From: an uncultured delta proteobacterium
GTDB taxonomy: Bacteria; Desulfobacterota; WTBG01; CAIYCZ01
Direction: 5' to 3'
Assembly (NCBI GenBank): GCA_963803975.1
Contig: CAWDOY010000009.1
Coordinates: forward strand, 1 to 64,000
DNA: 64,000 nucleotides
Shown here: positions 30,512 through 40,503 of the stretch, in pieces
How positions within the stretch are numbered: the first letter of the stretch is position 1
Layout: each line of letters opens with the position of its first letter
The notes under the pieces: model-generated
Databases searched by the model: none
Seen by the model: only the letters and a program-made list of their open reading frames with translations
Told to the model about the DNA's origin: nothing
Program-made: the position numbers and the translations under genes

Positions 30512-31609
30512 ATGATGGAGCATAATAAAAAGCCGGGGCGCACACTTCAGGACTATGCCCATCTTTTCCTCTCCAGAAATCAAGACCACGAAAAATCAGC
30601 TGCTGCCCCGCAGAAAGCCGCTACTGCTGATATAGCTGCGGGGCTGCCCGGCAGCCAGCCAGCGGAAGATGAAACGATTGCCCCATCCCGTCGTTTTTTT
30701 TCCATCAACCCTCCTCAAGAAAAAGATCGCACTGAGCAGCCGCTTGAACCGGCTGCTGAAAAATCCCCGAAATTCCCCTGTGCGATTGCCCTGTGCTGTC
30801 CTGACCGGCCGCTTGCTAATTCATTTCTCACCTTTAACCTGTGCATCAATGGTGTGCAGAGAGGTCTGCAGGTGCTGGTCATCAATGCCGACCTGAGCTT
30901 TCCCAGCATGAATTTTCTGGCCTCGCTGCAGCCCCAGGCTATGAAGAGCATCGCAAGCCAGCCGGAATCAATGCGCGCGCGCAATCCTCATACTCTTCAG
31001 GTGTTCACGCTCGATATGGATATAACGGTCCTCAATTCACCCTGGCCGGATGAACAAAACCCTGTCGTAGAGGAGATTTCCGAGGCCGGGCGCAACGCTG
31101 ATATTATTCTCATTAACACCGCTATCGGGTTCAGCGCCAATGCCAAAGCCCTGTTTAAAGCTGCGGATGAGACTATAATCATTTCCGGCACTGAGCCGGC
31201 GCAGCTCATTAATGCCTACAGTACGGTCAAAATGATATATCAGATCGCCGCACCGCAGCCCCGCATCAGTGTCATAATGACCGGACTGGAAGATGCAGCG
31301 CTGCGGGGTTTTAATAAACTGCAGGAAGCGGCGCAGCAGTTTCTCAACAGATCACTCAACTCCTATGGTTATTTCCCCTGGGACGCTGACGTTATTAATG
31401 CGATCCTGCGGAAAACCGCGCTGCTGGCTGATGGTACTGCGGCACAGCGCCTGCAGGAGATCAGTGAACGCGTGTTCACGGAAAATACCCGGCAGCAGAA
31501 AGCGCGTGAGCCTCAGGAACCCGGGTTTACAGAAAAACTGTTTGTTACCAGTGGTCAGGAAATGGGAGTTACCTACGATGCAAGCAGGCAACAGCGCTGG
31601 AGCCGGTGA
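30512..31609 (+). CDS. MinD/FlhG-like protein with degenerate Walker A
   Basis: VLVINADL, DIILINTAIG, EPAQLINAYSTVK and YGYFPWD match FlhG/MinD; no GKGGVGKT. Confidence 0.7.
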   Translation: MMEHNKKPGRTLQDYAHLFLSRNQDHEKSAAAPQKAATADIAAGLPGSQPAEDETIAPSRRFFSINPPQEKDRTEQPLEPAAEKSPKFPCAIALCCPDRPLANSFLTFNLCINGVQRGLQVLVINADLSFPSMNFLASLQPQAMKSIASQPESMRARNPHTLQVFTLDMDITVLNSPWPDEQNPVVEEISEAGRNADIILINTAIGFSANAKALFKAADETIIISGTEPAQLINAYSTVKMIYQIAAPQPRISVIMTGLEDAALRGFNKLQEAAQQFLNRSLNSYGYFPWDADVINAILRKTALLADGTAAQRLQEISERVFTENTRQQKAREPQEPGFTEKLFVTSGQEMGVTYDASRQQRWSR

Positions 31610-32184
31610 TGGCAGGAGATAACAGAAAAACAGCGACCTTTAGAAAGGCAGAACCGGCAGACCGGAGCCTGCTCGTCGCGCACCTTCTCAGCAGCCCCGG
31701 GGCAGTAGCGCATGGTTTTACCTTTTTGCCGGCGCGCGAAATCCCCGGTGAAGAATTTCTCCTTGGCATGAATGAAGAAAAACGGCTCTATGTTGTGGAG
31801 CTTGCCCGCCAGTTTGAAGAAGGCCTTCTCTATCGCTCGCTTGCGCACCTTAAATGGACCATGAACAATGTTTTAACCTGGGGAAAACAAGACGAATCGC
31901 TTGCCATTGACCAGCGGCTCATGCCGGGCATCATCTATATAGTTCCTGATTCACCACCAGCCTTTATTGAGGCATTTGAATTTATCAACGACACTATTCC
32001 CCTTGCTGTTATCAGATACTGGTATCTGGAATCAGACCTTGAGCACGGTTTCTACTTTGAACCGCTCCTGGTGCAGGAGAAAGGGAGCCGGGAAAAAGCA
32101 CCCGCTCAAAATGACACCCCGATTGCTTCCCTGCGGGAGCAGGCAGGCCTGACCCCGGAAGAGATTAAGAAATTCCTTTCTTAG
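31606..32184 (+). CDS. Hypothetical protein
   Basis: 192-aa ORF overlapping the upstream stop (GTGA). Confidence 0.65.
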   Translation: MMAGDNRKTATFRKAEPADRSLLVAHLLSSPGAVAHGFTFLPAREIPGEEFLLGMNEEKRLYVVELARQFEEGLLYRSLAHLKWTMNNVLTWGKQDESLAIDQRLMPGIIYIVPDSPPAFIEAFEFINDTIPLAVIRYWYLESDLEHGFYFEPLLVQEKGSREKAPAQNDTPIASLREQAGLTPEEIKKFLS

Positions 32185-32372
32185 AATATCCATCAGTACT
32201 GCTCTTAATTACGTGAGCGTGCTCTTTACTCTTTTTATTCACATACCATCAAAGTATCCCGGCGCTGGTATTTTCAAAAACTATTAGAATAGAGTTGTGT
32301 TATAATTGTATAGGTACTATTCAGCAAAGTAGTTACCATACCTGTTCCACCATACAACATGAGGTAATGCCG

Positions 32373-35300
32373 ATGCAGAAAACAAGCGTTATAGTAGCGG
32401 CTATCGTTTTCTCTGTCATTTTGTATCCTTCGGCAGGCAATGCGCAGCAGCAGTCGTATCTGATCCGGGCCGTGGCGCGGCTGCACGGGGCTATATCACC
32501 ATCGGGATGGATAAAGGCCAGTGCCGGCGGCAGTCAAACATTCATCATAACACCGGATAAAGGCTATCGGGTGCAGGAGGTACGGGTTGACGGGCTCTCG
32601 CAGGGGCCCATTCAAACCTACACATTCAATAATGTTCAGAAGCGCCACCGGATTGTGGCCGCCTTTGTGCGCGATGAAGGACAAAGCGATTTCTCCTCAG
32701 CATTGCCCCAGCGCGGGCGGGGATTTGGCGGCGCCGGCCCGCCCGGAGACGGAGGTGGTGGTGAGGTAAAGGATAACGAGCGGACCATTGAGGAAGGAGA
32801 TATTGTCAAGCACTATGACAATACGCTGTTTGTGCTGAACCAGTACCGGGGACTGCAGCTTATAGATATAGCTGACAAAAATACTCCGTCGCTGCTCTCA
32901 ACCGTACCGGTCTATGGATACCCGGTTGAGCTGTATGTGCGCAACGGCACTGCCTATGTGGTTATTTCCAATTATTTCAACTGCTGGTACGATACCGTAA
33001 AGGCTGCAGCCGAATCATTTCAGGGCAGCCGGATTGTAGCAGTGGATGTCCGTGACCGCAGAGCCCCGCAGATACTCGGCGGGATTGACATCGACGGCTC
33101 TATTACCGACACCCGGCTGGTCGGCTCTATTCTCTATGTGGTTGCCAACCAATACTCGTATTACTACTACACGACACCGGAGAACGGGAACCGTACCTCC
33201 ATATCCGCCATTTCTATCGCTGATCCTGCACAGGTACAAGTTGTGGATCAGATGTCATTCCCCATGACCAGCAACTCATATCAGAATTCCGTGCACGTCA
33301 CCGCTGATGCCATATTTCTCGCCCAATATGGGTGGGGATATACGGACAGCAGCGGTATCTGGAAGGAAAAGAATGCCACGGACATCACGTATATCGATAT
33401 CTCAGACGAACAGGGAACGATCAGGAAGGGCAAGACCTTTACCGTTCCCGGCGTGGTGATGAACCGGTGGCAGATGGACTATTATAACGGCTACTTCCGG
33501 TTAATAACCCCTGAACAGTACTGGGGCAATGGATACCCGTCGCTCTATATCTATAAGGTTGACGGCATTGAAACCATAACTCCGGTCTCAAGCCTCACCC
33601 TGAAAATTGACCGGCCTGAAGCCCTCATGTCAGTGCGCTTTGACCGCGATGCCGCCTACGCAATTACCTATGAGAGAAAGGACCCGCTCTTCACTCTTGA
33701 TCTTAAAGACCCTGCGCAGCCCCGCCAGCTTGCGGAAATTCAAATGTCCGGCTGGATCGACTATATCGAGCCGAAGGCCGACCACCTGGTGGCACTTGGC
33801 CATGACGATGTTAATGGCATGACAACCCTTGCTGTTTCTCTTTTTGATGTGGCCCGCATTGATAACCCCGTGCTGGTGCAGCGGGTGACGGTGGGCGAAG
33901 GCTACGGCTGGGTGCCGGCAGATATCAATAATATGCATAAAGCGTTCAGGGTGCTTGATGACCTGCAGCTCATTCTGGTGCCGTTCAGTTCGTGGTCATA
34001 CACAGACAATAGAGACATCTCCGGCGTGCAGCTCATAGATTATTTTTATGACAGCACGAAAAAGGGTCTTACCAAGCGGGGCCTCATTGACCATGCCGGG
34101 TGGATTGAACGCGCCCTTCCCTATGACAGCAGTACCATCCTCACGGTTTCCAGCGAAGCGTTTCAGACTGTTGATATCAGCAACCGGGACCAGCCCGCGA
34201 TCATAAAAATGCTTGAGCTGGCACGTAACGCTGTTGATATCAGCGGCCTTACTGAAGACACCGCGCTTGAGCTTTCAGCAGATACCCGGTGGTATTCCTA
34301 TAACCAGGCACAAAGCAGGCTTTCAGTTGTTCCGCTGAAGAATCCGGATACACCGGAGCCTCTTAAGACACTGGATTTGCAAGGCTCATTTGACCGGCTT
34401 TTTTCAATGAAGAACTGTACCCTGCTCTCCGGCTACCGCTATGATGAGAAACAGGGGAACCTCATCACCGTAAAGACCCTGTCGTATGATGGCACTGACT
34501 TTACCACGCTCGGGTCACTCGAGATTCCCGGGTTCAACAGCTATTACTGGCTCGATATGCAGCCCCGTTATTACCCGTATAGTCAGTCTGTCGAGGTGGA
34601 GAAGCTCTCTGACACCGCGCTCGTCTATACGGGATATGAATACAGTTACGAGAACCCCATGAGCACTTCATGCACGGTGCTTATGAAGGCCGTCGACGTA
34701 TCAGAAAAGCAGAAGCCGCAGCTGGCATCAGACATCAAAGTTGCGTTACAGGCAGGCACGCCAACATCTATTATGTGGATAGGCCCTAAAGCATATGTCT
34801 CCTACGCTGAGCCCATTACCGCAGGTAATGCCGGCATGCAGTATTACAAGTGCTATTTTAAGGTGGTTGATTTTACCGATATCAATAACCCGGCCGCCTC
34901 GGACAGCATCAATATCCCCGGCTATGTGGCAGGGAGTTCAGCAAACGGGAACTACCTCTATACCATAGACTATCAGTATGCAGCGACGCCGGAAAGCTAC
35001 CAGTATGAGGTCTATCTGAATACCCTTGAGCCCATCGGGGACAAGGCATACTTGCGCGACCGGGAAAAGATCGTGCCGGCCCCGGCTGACAGCCATGAAT
35101 CCTTTTACTGCGGGAGTGTGACAATTAAGAACGAGAAAGCCTACTATGTCATAAACCGCTCGGCATGCTCTGATGATTACAGCTCATGCCAGTATGATGG
35201 AACGCTGGTCACCGCGGATCTCTCCGATCCGGGGAATATTCAGTTCCCGTCATCGCAGGCTCTCCAGGTGCAGAGCGCTGATATTGTTGCTGCGGTTCAG

Positions 35301-35490
35301 AATAAGCTGTTCCTTTACACCTACTCCGGTTTTGGCGGTATTATCATCTACGGGCTTGATAACCCCGGTGAACCAGCGTTTGAGACATTTTACCGGACCG
35401 ATTCCTACCCGTCGCAGATCAAGGTCATACAATGACGCGGCCTATCTGCCGTCCGGCATGTATGGCGTGAAAGTGATACCGCTGAAGTAA
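32373..35490 (+). CDS. Secreted beta-propeller domain protein with an N-terminal bacterial repeat domain (frame change near 35430)
   Basis: Signal peptide; GAISPSG...TYTFNNV..H.I.A.F repeat; IEEGDIVK, SVRFD...TYERKDPLFTLDL and SLFDV propeller motifs. Confidence 0.85.
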
Positions 35491-35512
35491 CAGGCAGGCA
35501 CACAAAACAATT

Positions 35513-35550
35513 ACGGGGAGGCTGAACCTTTAGCCTCCCCGTTTTCTTTT
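35513..35550 (+). terminator. Intrinsic terminator
   Basis: ACGGGGAGGCT-gaaccttt-AGCCTCCCCGT followed by TTTCTTTT. Confidence 0.8.
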
Positions 35551-35567
35551 CACTGCTGCCTGCTGTT

Positions 35568-36128
35568 TTATTTTTCAAGAATAATGCGCTGCGCTGTTTC
35601 CAGCAGCGCTTTAATATCCTCCGGTTTTGCCAGGCCCTGCCCCTGCCAGCGTATGATGCCCTGCCGGTCCAGCAGAAACGCATACCCGGAATATACATCT
35701 TGAATTTTCAGAGCCTGCTTGTACGGCTCGACATCGCCGTAAAAGGTTATGACATTTTTATGCTTCTCATTGGGTATGGCTGCCCGCATGCCGCTGTCAA
35801 TCAGCGGCGCCATGAAAACAAAACGCCTCCTGATCATGGGGACTTCATAAAAGAAGCAGCCCTGCCTCTTGCCGAACTCCTTCTCAAACGGCCCCAGCCA
35901 TGAATCATTCTGGCTTTGGGAATCGCGCTTAAAGGACATCACAATCAGGGTGACCTTTCCTGTTACCGAGTCCGGAAGCGTCACTGTATCCCCTGCCAGA
36001 GAATCAGTGGTCAGGGTTGGAAATTTCATGCCGATTACGCCCTTGTTGCCGGCCTGCTCTGCAGTGATGCCAAGAGATGCCATGCTGAGCACTCCCGTAA
36101 TAAGTGAGATTGACAATACCTTGTTCAT
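35568..36128 (-). CDS. Secreted thioredoxin-like fold protein (ATP10-like)
   Basis: Signal peptide; FP.L...SLAG..VTLP...GKVTLI; FLLDRQGIIRWQG.G; no CxxC. Confidence 0.75.
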   Translation of the reverse strand: MNKVLSISLITGVLSMASLGITAEQAGNKGVIGMKFPTLTTDSLAGDTVTLPDSVTGKVTLIVMSFKRDSQSQNDSWLGPFEKEFGKRQGCFFYEVPMIRRRFVFMAPLIDSGMRAAIPNEKHKNVITFYGDVEPYKQALKIQDVYSGYAFLLDRQGIIRWQGQGLAKPEDIKALLETAQRIILEK

Positions 36129-36176
36129 ACTTGAGCTCCTCGTTCCCGGGTACAGCTGTACTTCATGAGGATAGCA

Positions 36177-37388
36177 TTAAGCAGGCAGCTCTGCAAGCAT
36201 CTGCTCAAAAAACCGTTCTATGCTTTCCCTGGCCGAAAGAGGCACGCCGGCAGAGAGCGTCAGGTTGCTTCCATATCCGCTGAAGCCGATGTAGAGAACC
36301 GGGGGATACACAACAGGAGGAAGAATCCAGCCATTCGCGGGATGGCGGTCAAAGAAAACCGTCCCGGGTTCTATCAGCCCCAGGTTAGTCAGCCCGCTGG
36401 GATAGTTCCGGCTTTTAATTCTTTCATGCAACAGCTTATCGCAGGCTTTCACCAGCAGGTTGTAGGGGACCAGCCCGGCAAGGGGCACCGTGCACAGCTC
36501 GCTCAGCCCGATCCAGCCGGACTTCTTGCGTTTTGTAATCGAGCTGACCCGGGACAGTGTCGCGGCGAAGTCCCTGCCCGGTTCCCGGCCCAGGTTTATG
36601 TGCTCGTAGGTGCTCAGGTTACAGATTCCTTCCGCCTTCCCCGAAGGAATGTACCAGCGCCGCAGGTCTACCGTAGTCTGAATTCTGAGCGCAGCCCGAC
36701 CGTCCCATGCTTCCGCCTTTGCCAGCGCCCGGTAAAATGCCGCAATCATCAGGTCATTTATTGTTGCCTGGTGCTGCCGGCCGTAGGCTGCGAGGCACGC
36801 GACGCGCTCAGAAGAAAGATGCCGGATGATAAACGTTAACGGCGTGCGCGGACCCGCAGGAACCTGCAGGGCATGAGACTTCTTGGGAATTTGATTGGAC
36901 AGGGTGGTGCGCAGAAAATTAAAAACCAGCGCCGGGTAAATGTACCACGGCAGGTGACGCATAATCTGGCCGCAGCCACGGGCTCCGTGGATGTTAGGCT
37001 GGGGCAGGTAGCCGCGGTTGTTTGCAAGCTGCGTATAGATGCGCGACAGCTGCGCAGCGATATCATTCAGCCCGGCTGCATCGCACGCCTGGTGTGCAAC
37101 TTTCAAAAGCAGGCGGTCACCGCCTGCTGCGCGCAGAACACAAGCGTTGATCTGCGGTCCCTGGCGGCTGTCAATGGGACGGTCTCTGAAGCAATCGAAT
37201 TCAGTTTGATCTGTAGTAAGAAAGAAGGTGTCCTGGCGCGGCGTTGTGAGCCGTTCCCAGTAAACCTTTTTCTTCTCTGTTACCAGCCGGCAGCCCAGCA
37301 CCGGCTGGGCATCAAGCATAAGATCAAGAGCGCGCGCCAGCCGCTCCGCGTCAAGCCCGTGCTCAAAAACAAGCTCCATCTGCAGCAT
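36177..37388 (-). CDS. Stand-alone condensation-domain / acyltransferase protein
   Basis: KVAHQACDAAG (HxxxD), ATINDL and TVDLRR. The frame stays open about 36 codons upstream, so the start is uncertain. Confidence 0.8.
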   Translation of the reverse strand: MLQMELVFEHGLDAERLARALDLMLDAQPVLGCRLVTEKKKVYWERLTTPRQDTFFLTTDQTEFDCFRDRPIDSRQGPQINACVLRAAGGDRLLLKVAHQACDAAGLNDIAAQLSRIYTQLANNRGYLPQPNIHGARGCGQIMRHLPWYIYPALVFNFLRTTLSNQIPKKSHALQVPAGPRTPLTFIIRHLSSERVACLAAYGRQHQATINDLMIAAFYRALAKAEAWDGRAALRIQTTVDLRRWYIPSGKAEGICNLSTYEHINLGREPGRDFAATLSRVSSITKRKKSGWIGLSELCTVPLAGLVPYNLLVKACDKLLHERIKSRNYPSGLTNLGLIEPGTVFFDRHPANGWILPPVVYPPVLYIGFSGYGSNLTLSAGVPLSARESIERFFEQMLAELPA

Positions 37389-37544
37389 GAAGTCTGCAAT
37401 GCCGATATCCTGCCCGCTGGAGATTATTTTATCTATTGCCGCTGCCGGAAAATGGTCCGGGATTTTATCAGCAAGTGATACTTTTATAATTAGGTGCTAG
37501 ATATAATCGGGCTGGCTGTTATCGATGAATGCAAAGGAATTCAT

Positions 37545-37565
37545 GGGGTCAAACCTCAACTATCA
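37545..37565 (+). repeat. Solo copy of the RAYT end motif
   Basis: GGGGTCAAACCTCAACTATCA is 21/21 identical to the element's right end. Confidence 0.85.
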
Positions 37566-37638
37566 CAGAGAAACGCGAGCGGCGCATATCTCGGCCTTCA
37601 GAAAAAAATGCGGGGGCATTGCTGCTCCCGCGCTTCTT

Positions 37639-38283
37639 TTATTGCAGCTTGTCGCTTACATCATAAGCCCATGATACAACATCAGCATAATCGGTCCAGT
37701 TGCCCGGTTGCGCAAACATGGAATGCAGCATAATCCAGTCCTTGGGTAACAAAATCCGGTAATCGAGAGCCCCTGCAAACACCACAGCATCCTTGGGGAC
37801 GATTTCGGGAAACTGGGTAGTTATCTTCTTGATATAATTCTCTGCATATTCCTTTTCCTTGCCCCCCAAATCCATACCCAGAATCATGCAAACGCAATAA
37901 TAGGCAACCTTCTTAGAAGCAAGCTCAGTCTTATTCTTCTCAAGAAACGCCACCGCTTTCTCATTCCAATTTTCAATATAGATGTTGCTTCCGAGAATCA
38001 CGGAATCATATTTGGAAAGATCGATCGTGTCATTGTCGGCAAATTTCAAATCGACTTTGAACCCCTCGTTGCTAAGCACCTCGGCAATGACGTCGGCAAT
38101 CCTGTAGGTGGATCCATAATTGGTTGCAAATGCGATAAGGACCCTGGCGCCGGTATTATTGTCGCCGTATGATTTCTCGACCACATAATCCGGCAATCCC
38201 CTTTTTGCATGGCTTAAGCCCGGCAGGCACAACAGCATCATGCACACAATGCAACCGGCAATAACAAACAGCTTCTTTTTCAT
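37639..38283 (-). CDS. Flavodoxin-domain (HemG-like) protein with signal peptide
   Basis: AAGGAGG RBS; MKKKLFVIAG...SHA signal; LIAFATNYGSTYRIA; YDSVILGS; FAGALDY. Confidence 0.85.
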   Translation of the reverse strand: MKKKLFVIAGCIVCMMLLCLPGLSHAKRGLPDYVVEKSYGDNNTGARVLIAFATNYGSTYRIADVIAEVLSNEGFKVDLKFADNDTIDLSKYDSVILGSNIYIENWNEKAVAFLEKNKTELASKKVAYYCVCMILGMDLGGKEKEYAENYIKKITTQFPEIVPKDAVVFAGALDYRILLPKDWIMLHSMFAQPGNWTDYADVVSWAYDVSDKLQ

Positions 38284-38817
38284 TGGCTGGCCCTCCTTTT
38301 GTAGTTTTAATTGTTAACCACTATCCTTCATAATTTTAACTTAAGAGATTTCATCAACATTTGCAAATAATTTCTCATGGAGAGGCAATGGGATCACCCA
38401 TTAAAGGTCCTATTTGTTTTTTGGATCAAATTCATTTTATTATTCTACTAACGTCCTAAAAATTTTCCCAAAGCTGCACCATATAAAATACAAGATATGG
38501 TCCTTTATAGTAAGGATACAGTTAAAACAAACTCATATAGGCCATAACAATTATGCGCATTTGGTATTAAGGTTCATTTCAACTATAGCCAATAAAACTA
38601 CAGGCACACCTAATATTGACCTAACCACCACCTATTTGCATATTTAAAATTCTCACTGCTCAACAATTGAGCAATCCTGCATAAAAGCACGCTGTTTAAA
38701 CGTGAATAAAATATATTAGGTGTACTTCACAACAGGAAGCGATAATGGGGTCAAACCTTTATAGGGTTTAGGCTTGGAGACATAACAGAAGCATCCAGGT
38801 AGTAATAGGAGTGCAAT

Positions 38818-39926
38818 GGGGTCAAAAGACCTCAACTATCAACTATCTATCCCTACAACTCTTTTTCCAACGACTCAAACTGCTGCAGCAATTCTTTACG
38901 CTGTTTCATTGCTTCTTCAAGGCGCTTTCTGTTTATCCATATCGCTGCACCGCTGATATTGCCTATCCTCCGCCCTAACTCTGCTATACTAATCTTTCTG
39001 CTTAAATATCTCCTGCATAATTCTATAAATACGGATCGAGCCTCCCTGTGATTACTACGCCTCACATACAATGCTGCTGCTTCTTTTATAGTGTATGCTT
39101 TTGCTACGACCGCAGCTACCGCTTCGACTGATTTCGCTTTCCTGCCCACTTCCCCGATACCCGACTGCTCTTTTGGGTCGATTTTCATGCCAGTCAAAAA
39201 TCGATCTTGTATATAATTATTAAAATGTTCCGATCCCAATACTGCCTGCCCTCTGACTTCTTCCCACATGCTCTTCTTCATTTTATTTGCCATGCCCTCA
39301 AGCACAAACTGCGCGTACACCTTCCTGCCTTTTCCATCATCCCTTCCCGTCAACATTCCCAACACCTTTTCGTAATGAACAAAAGGCTGACGCCTTCGCA
39401 GTGAAACATAGCCGGCATAGCTGCTCCACTCATACTTCCTTATGATGTCTGCCTTTTCCTCAATACTGTACGGTGAAACCCTCTTTATACTCACAGGATT
39501 TAAATGTACATACCGGCTCAACTCCAATAAATAATTGTCCGCATCTATCAGTATCGCCTTATAGCGTCCCTGATATAAATGTCCGCTCCGGTTATGTTTT
39601 CGATTGTAATATACCGTGTAGGCTGTGCTGAATCTCTGCATGAACTTCTGAAGGTTTGCTTCGAGGGTATTGACAACCAGATGAAAGTGATTGTTCATCA
39701 ATACATAGGCGTGCAGGTGGACATTATAAAGTGCCATACTTGACGCCAGTATCTTAAAAAATTTCTGCCGGTCGGCATCTCCTTTAAAGATCTCCCGCCG
39801 CTCGTTCCCACGGCTTGTTATATGATACCATGCGCCTGAATATTCTATTCGTATAGGTCGTGCCATGTTTCATGCATAACAAAACAGACGGATTATGTCA
39901 ATAGTTGATAGTTGAGGTTTGACCCC
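38818..39926. mobile_element. RAYT/HUH-transposase element bounded by ~26-bp inverted repeats
   Basis: Left GGGGTCAAAagACCTCAACTATCAACTAT (38818-38846) and right ATAGTTGATAGTTGAGGTTTGACCCC (39901-39926). Confidence 0.85.
38853..39866 (-). CDS. REP-associated tyrosine (Y1/HUH) transposase with C-terminal helical domain
   Basis: MARPIRIE, YHITSRGN, YVLMNNHFHL (HUH), GHLYQGRY, SRYVHLNP and WSSY. Confidence 0.93.
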   Translation of the reverse strand: MARPIRIEYSGAWYHITSRGNERREIFKGDADRQKFFKILASSMALYNVHLHAYVLMNNHFHLVVNTLEANLQKFMQRFSTAYTVYYNRKHNRSGHLYQGRYKAILIDADNYLLELSRYVHLNPVSIKRVSPYSIEEKADIIRKYEWSSYAGYVSLRRRQPFVHYEKVLGMLTGRDDGKGRKVYAQFVLEGMANKMKKSMWEEVRGQAVLGSEHFNNYIQDRFLTGMKIDPKEQSGIGEVGRKAKSVEAVAAVVAKAYTIKEAAALYVRRSNHREARSVFIELCRRYLSRKISIAELGRRIGNISGAAIWINRKRLEEAMKQRKELLQQFESLEKEL

Positions 39927-40212
39927 GTTTGTTCCATTTGTACGCACATTATCGTCATCTGCTTTGAACAGATTGTGACTGTATGGAATGTTATTGTTAT
40001 CTACCGAATAAAAGATTCTCAACGTTGCAGCCAATAATACAGGAGTACTGTCCAAGCTGCACGATAAGTTTAAAACAAACTGCACAGGCATATATTATGT
40101 GCATCAGGTATAACTAGATTCAATACTTGACAACATAACTATAATAGGCTATAACACCTATTTGCTATCTCTGCAGACTAATTCAGACTCAGTCAACTGT
40201 GAAATAATTTAG

Positions 40213-40503
40213 TCAACTATAGTTATATGATAACAGCAATAATACTACCACCATTACACCAATGAAAACAGGGAAAACGTCACCATTAATAACGCTGCCA
40301 TACATAAGTGATATTATTGCATATTCCAGATAAGAAAATTGCCATTGTAATAAATGAAACAGTTGAAAACATCTTTTTAAACAAATTAAAACAACTAACA
40401 CATCAGTATTCGCAGAACCAAAACTATGTACTAAGGAACATCCGCAGAAAAGCCGCGATTGATAGTATTGAATAATTGATATCTCTTTTTCTATTTTAAT
40501 CAT
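40213..40503 (-). CDS. Candidate Rhs immunity protein (AT-rich, probably frameshifted)
   Basis: Starts immediately after the toxin stop; AT-rich; hydrophobic C-terminus. The call rests on position only. Confidence 0.4.
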   Translation of the reverse strand: MIKIEKEISIIQYYQSRLFCGCSLVHSFGSANTDVLVVLICLKRCFQLFHLLQWQFSYLEYAIISLMYGSVINGDVFPVFIGVMVVVLLLLSYNYS

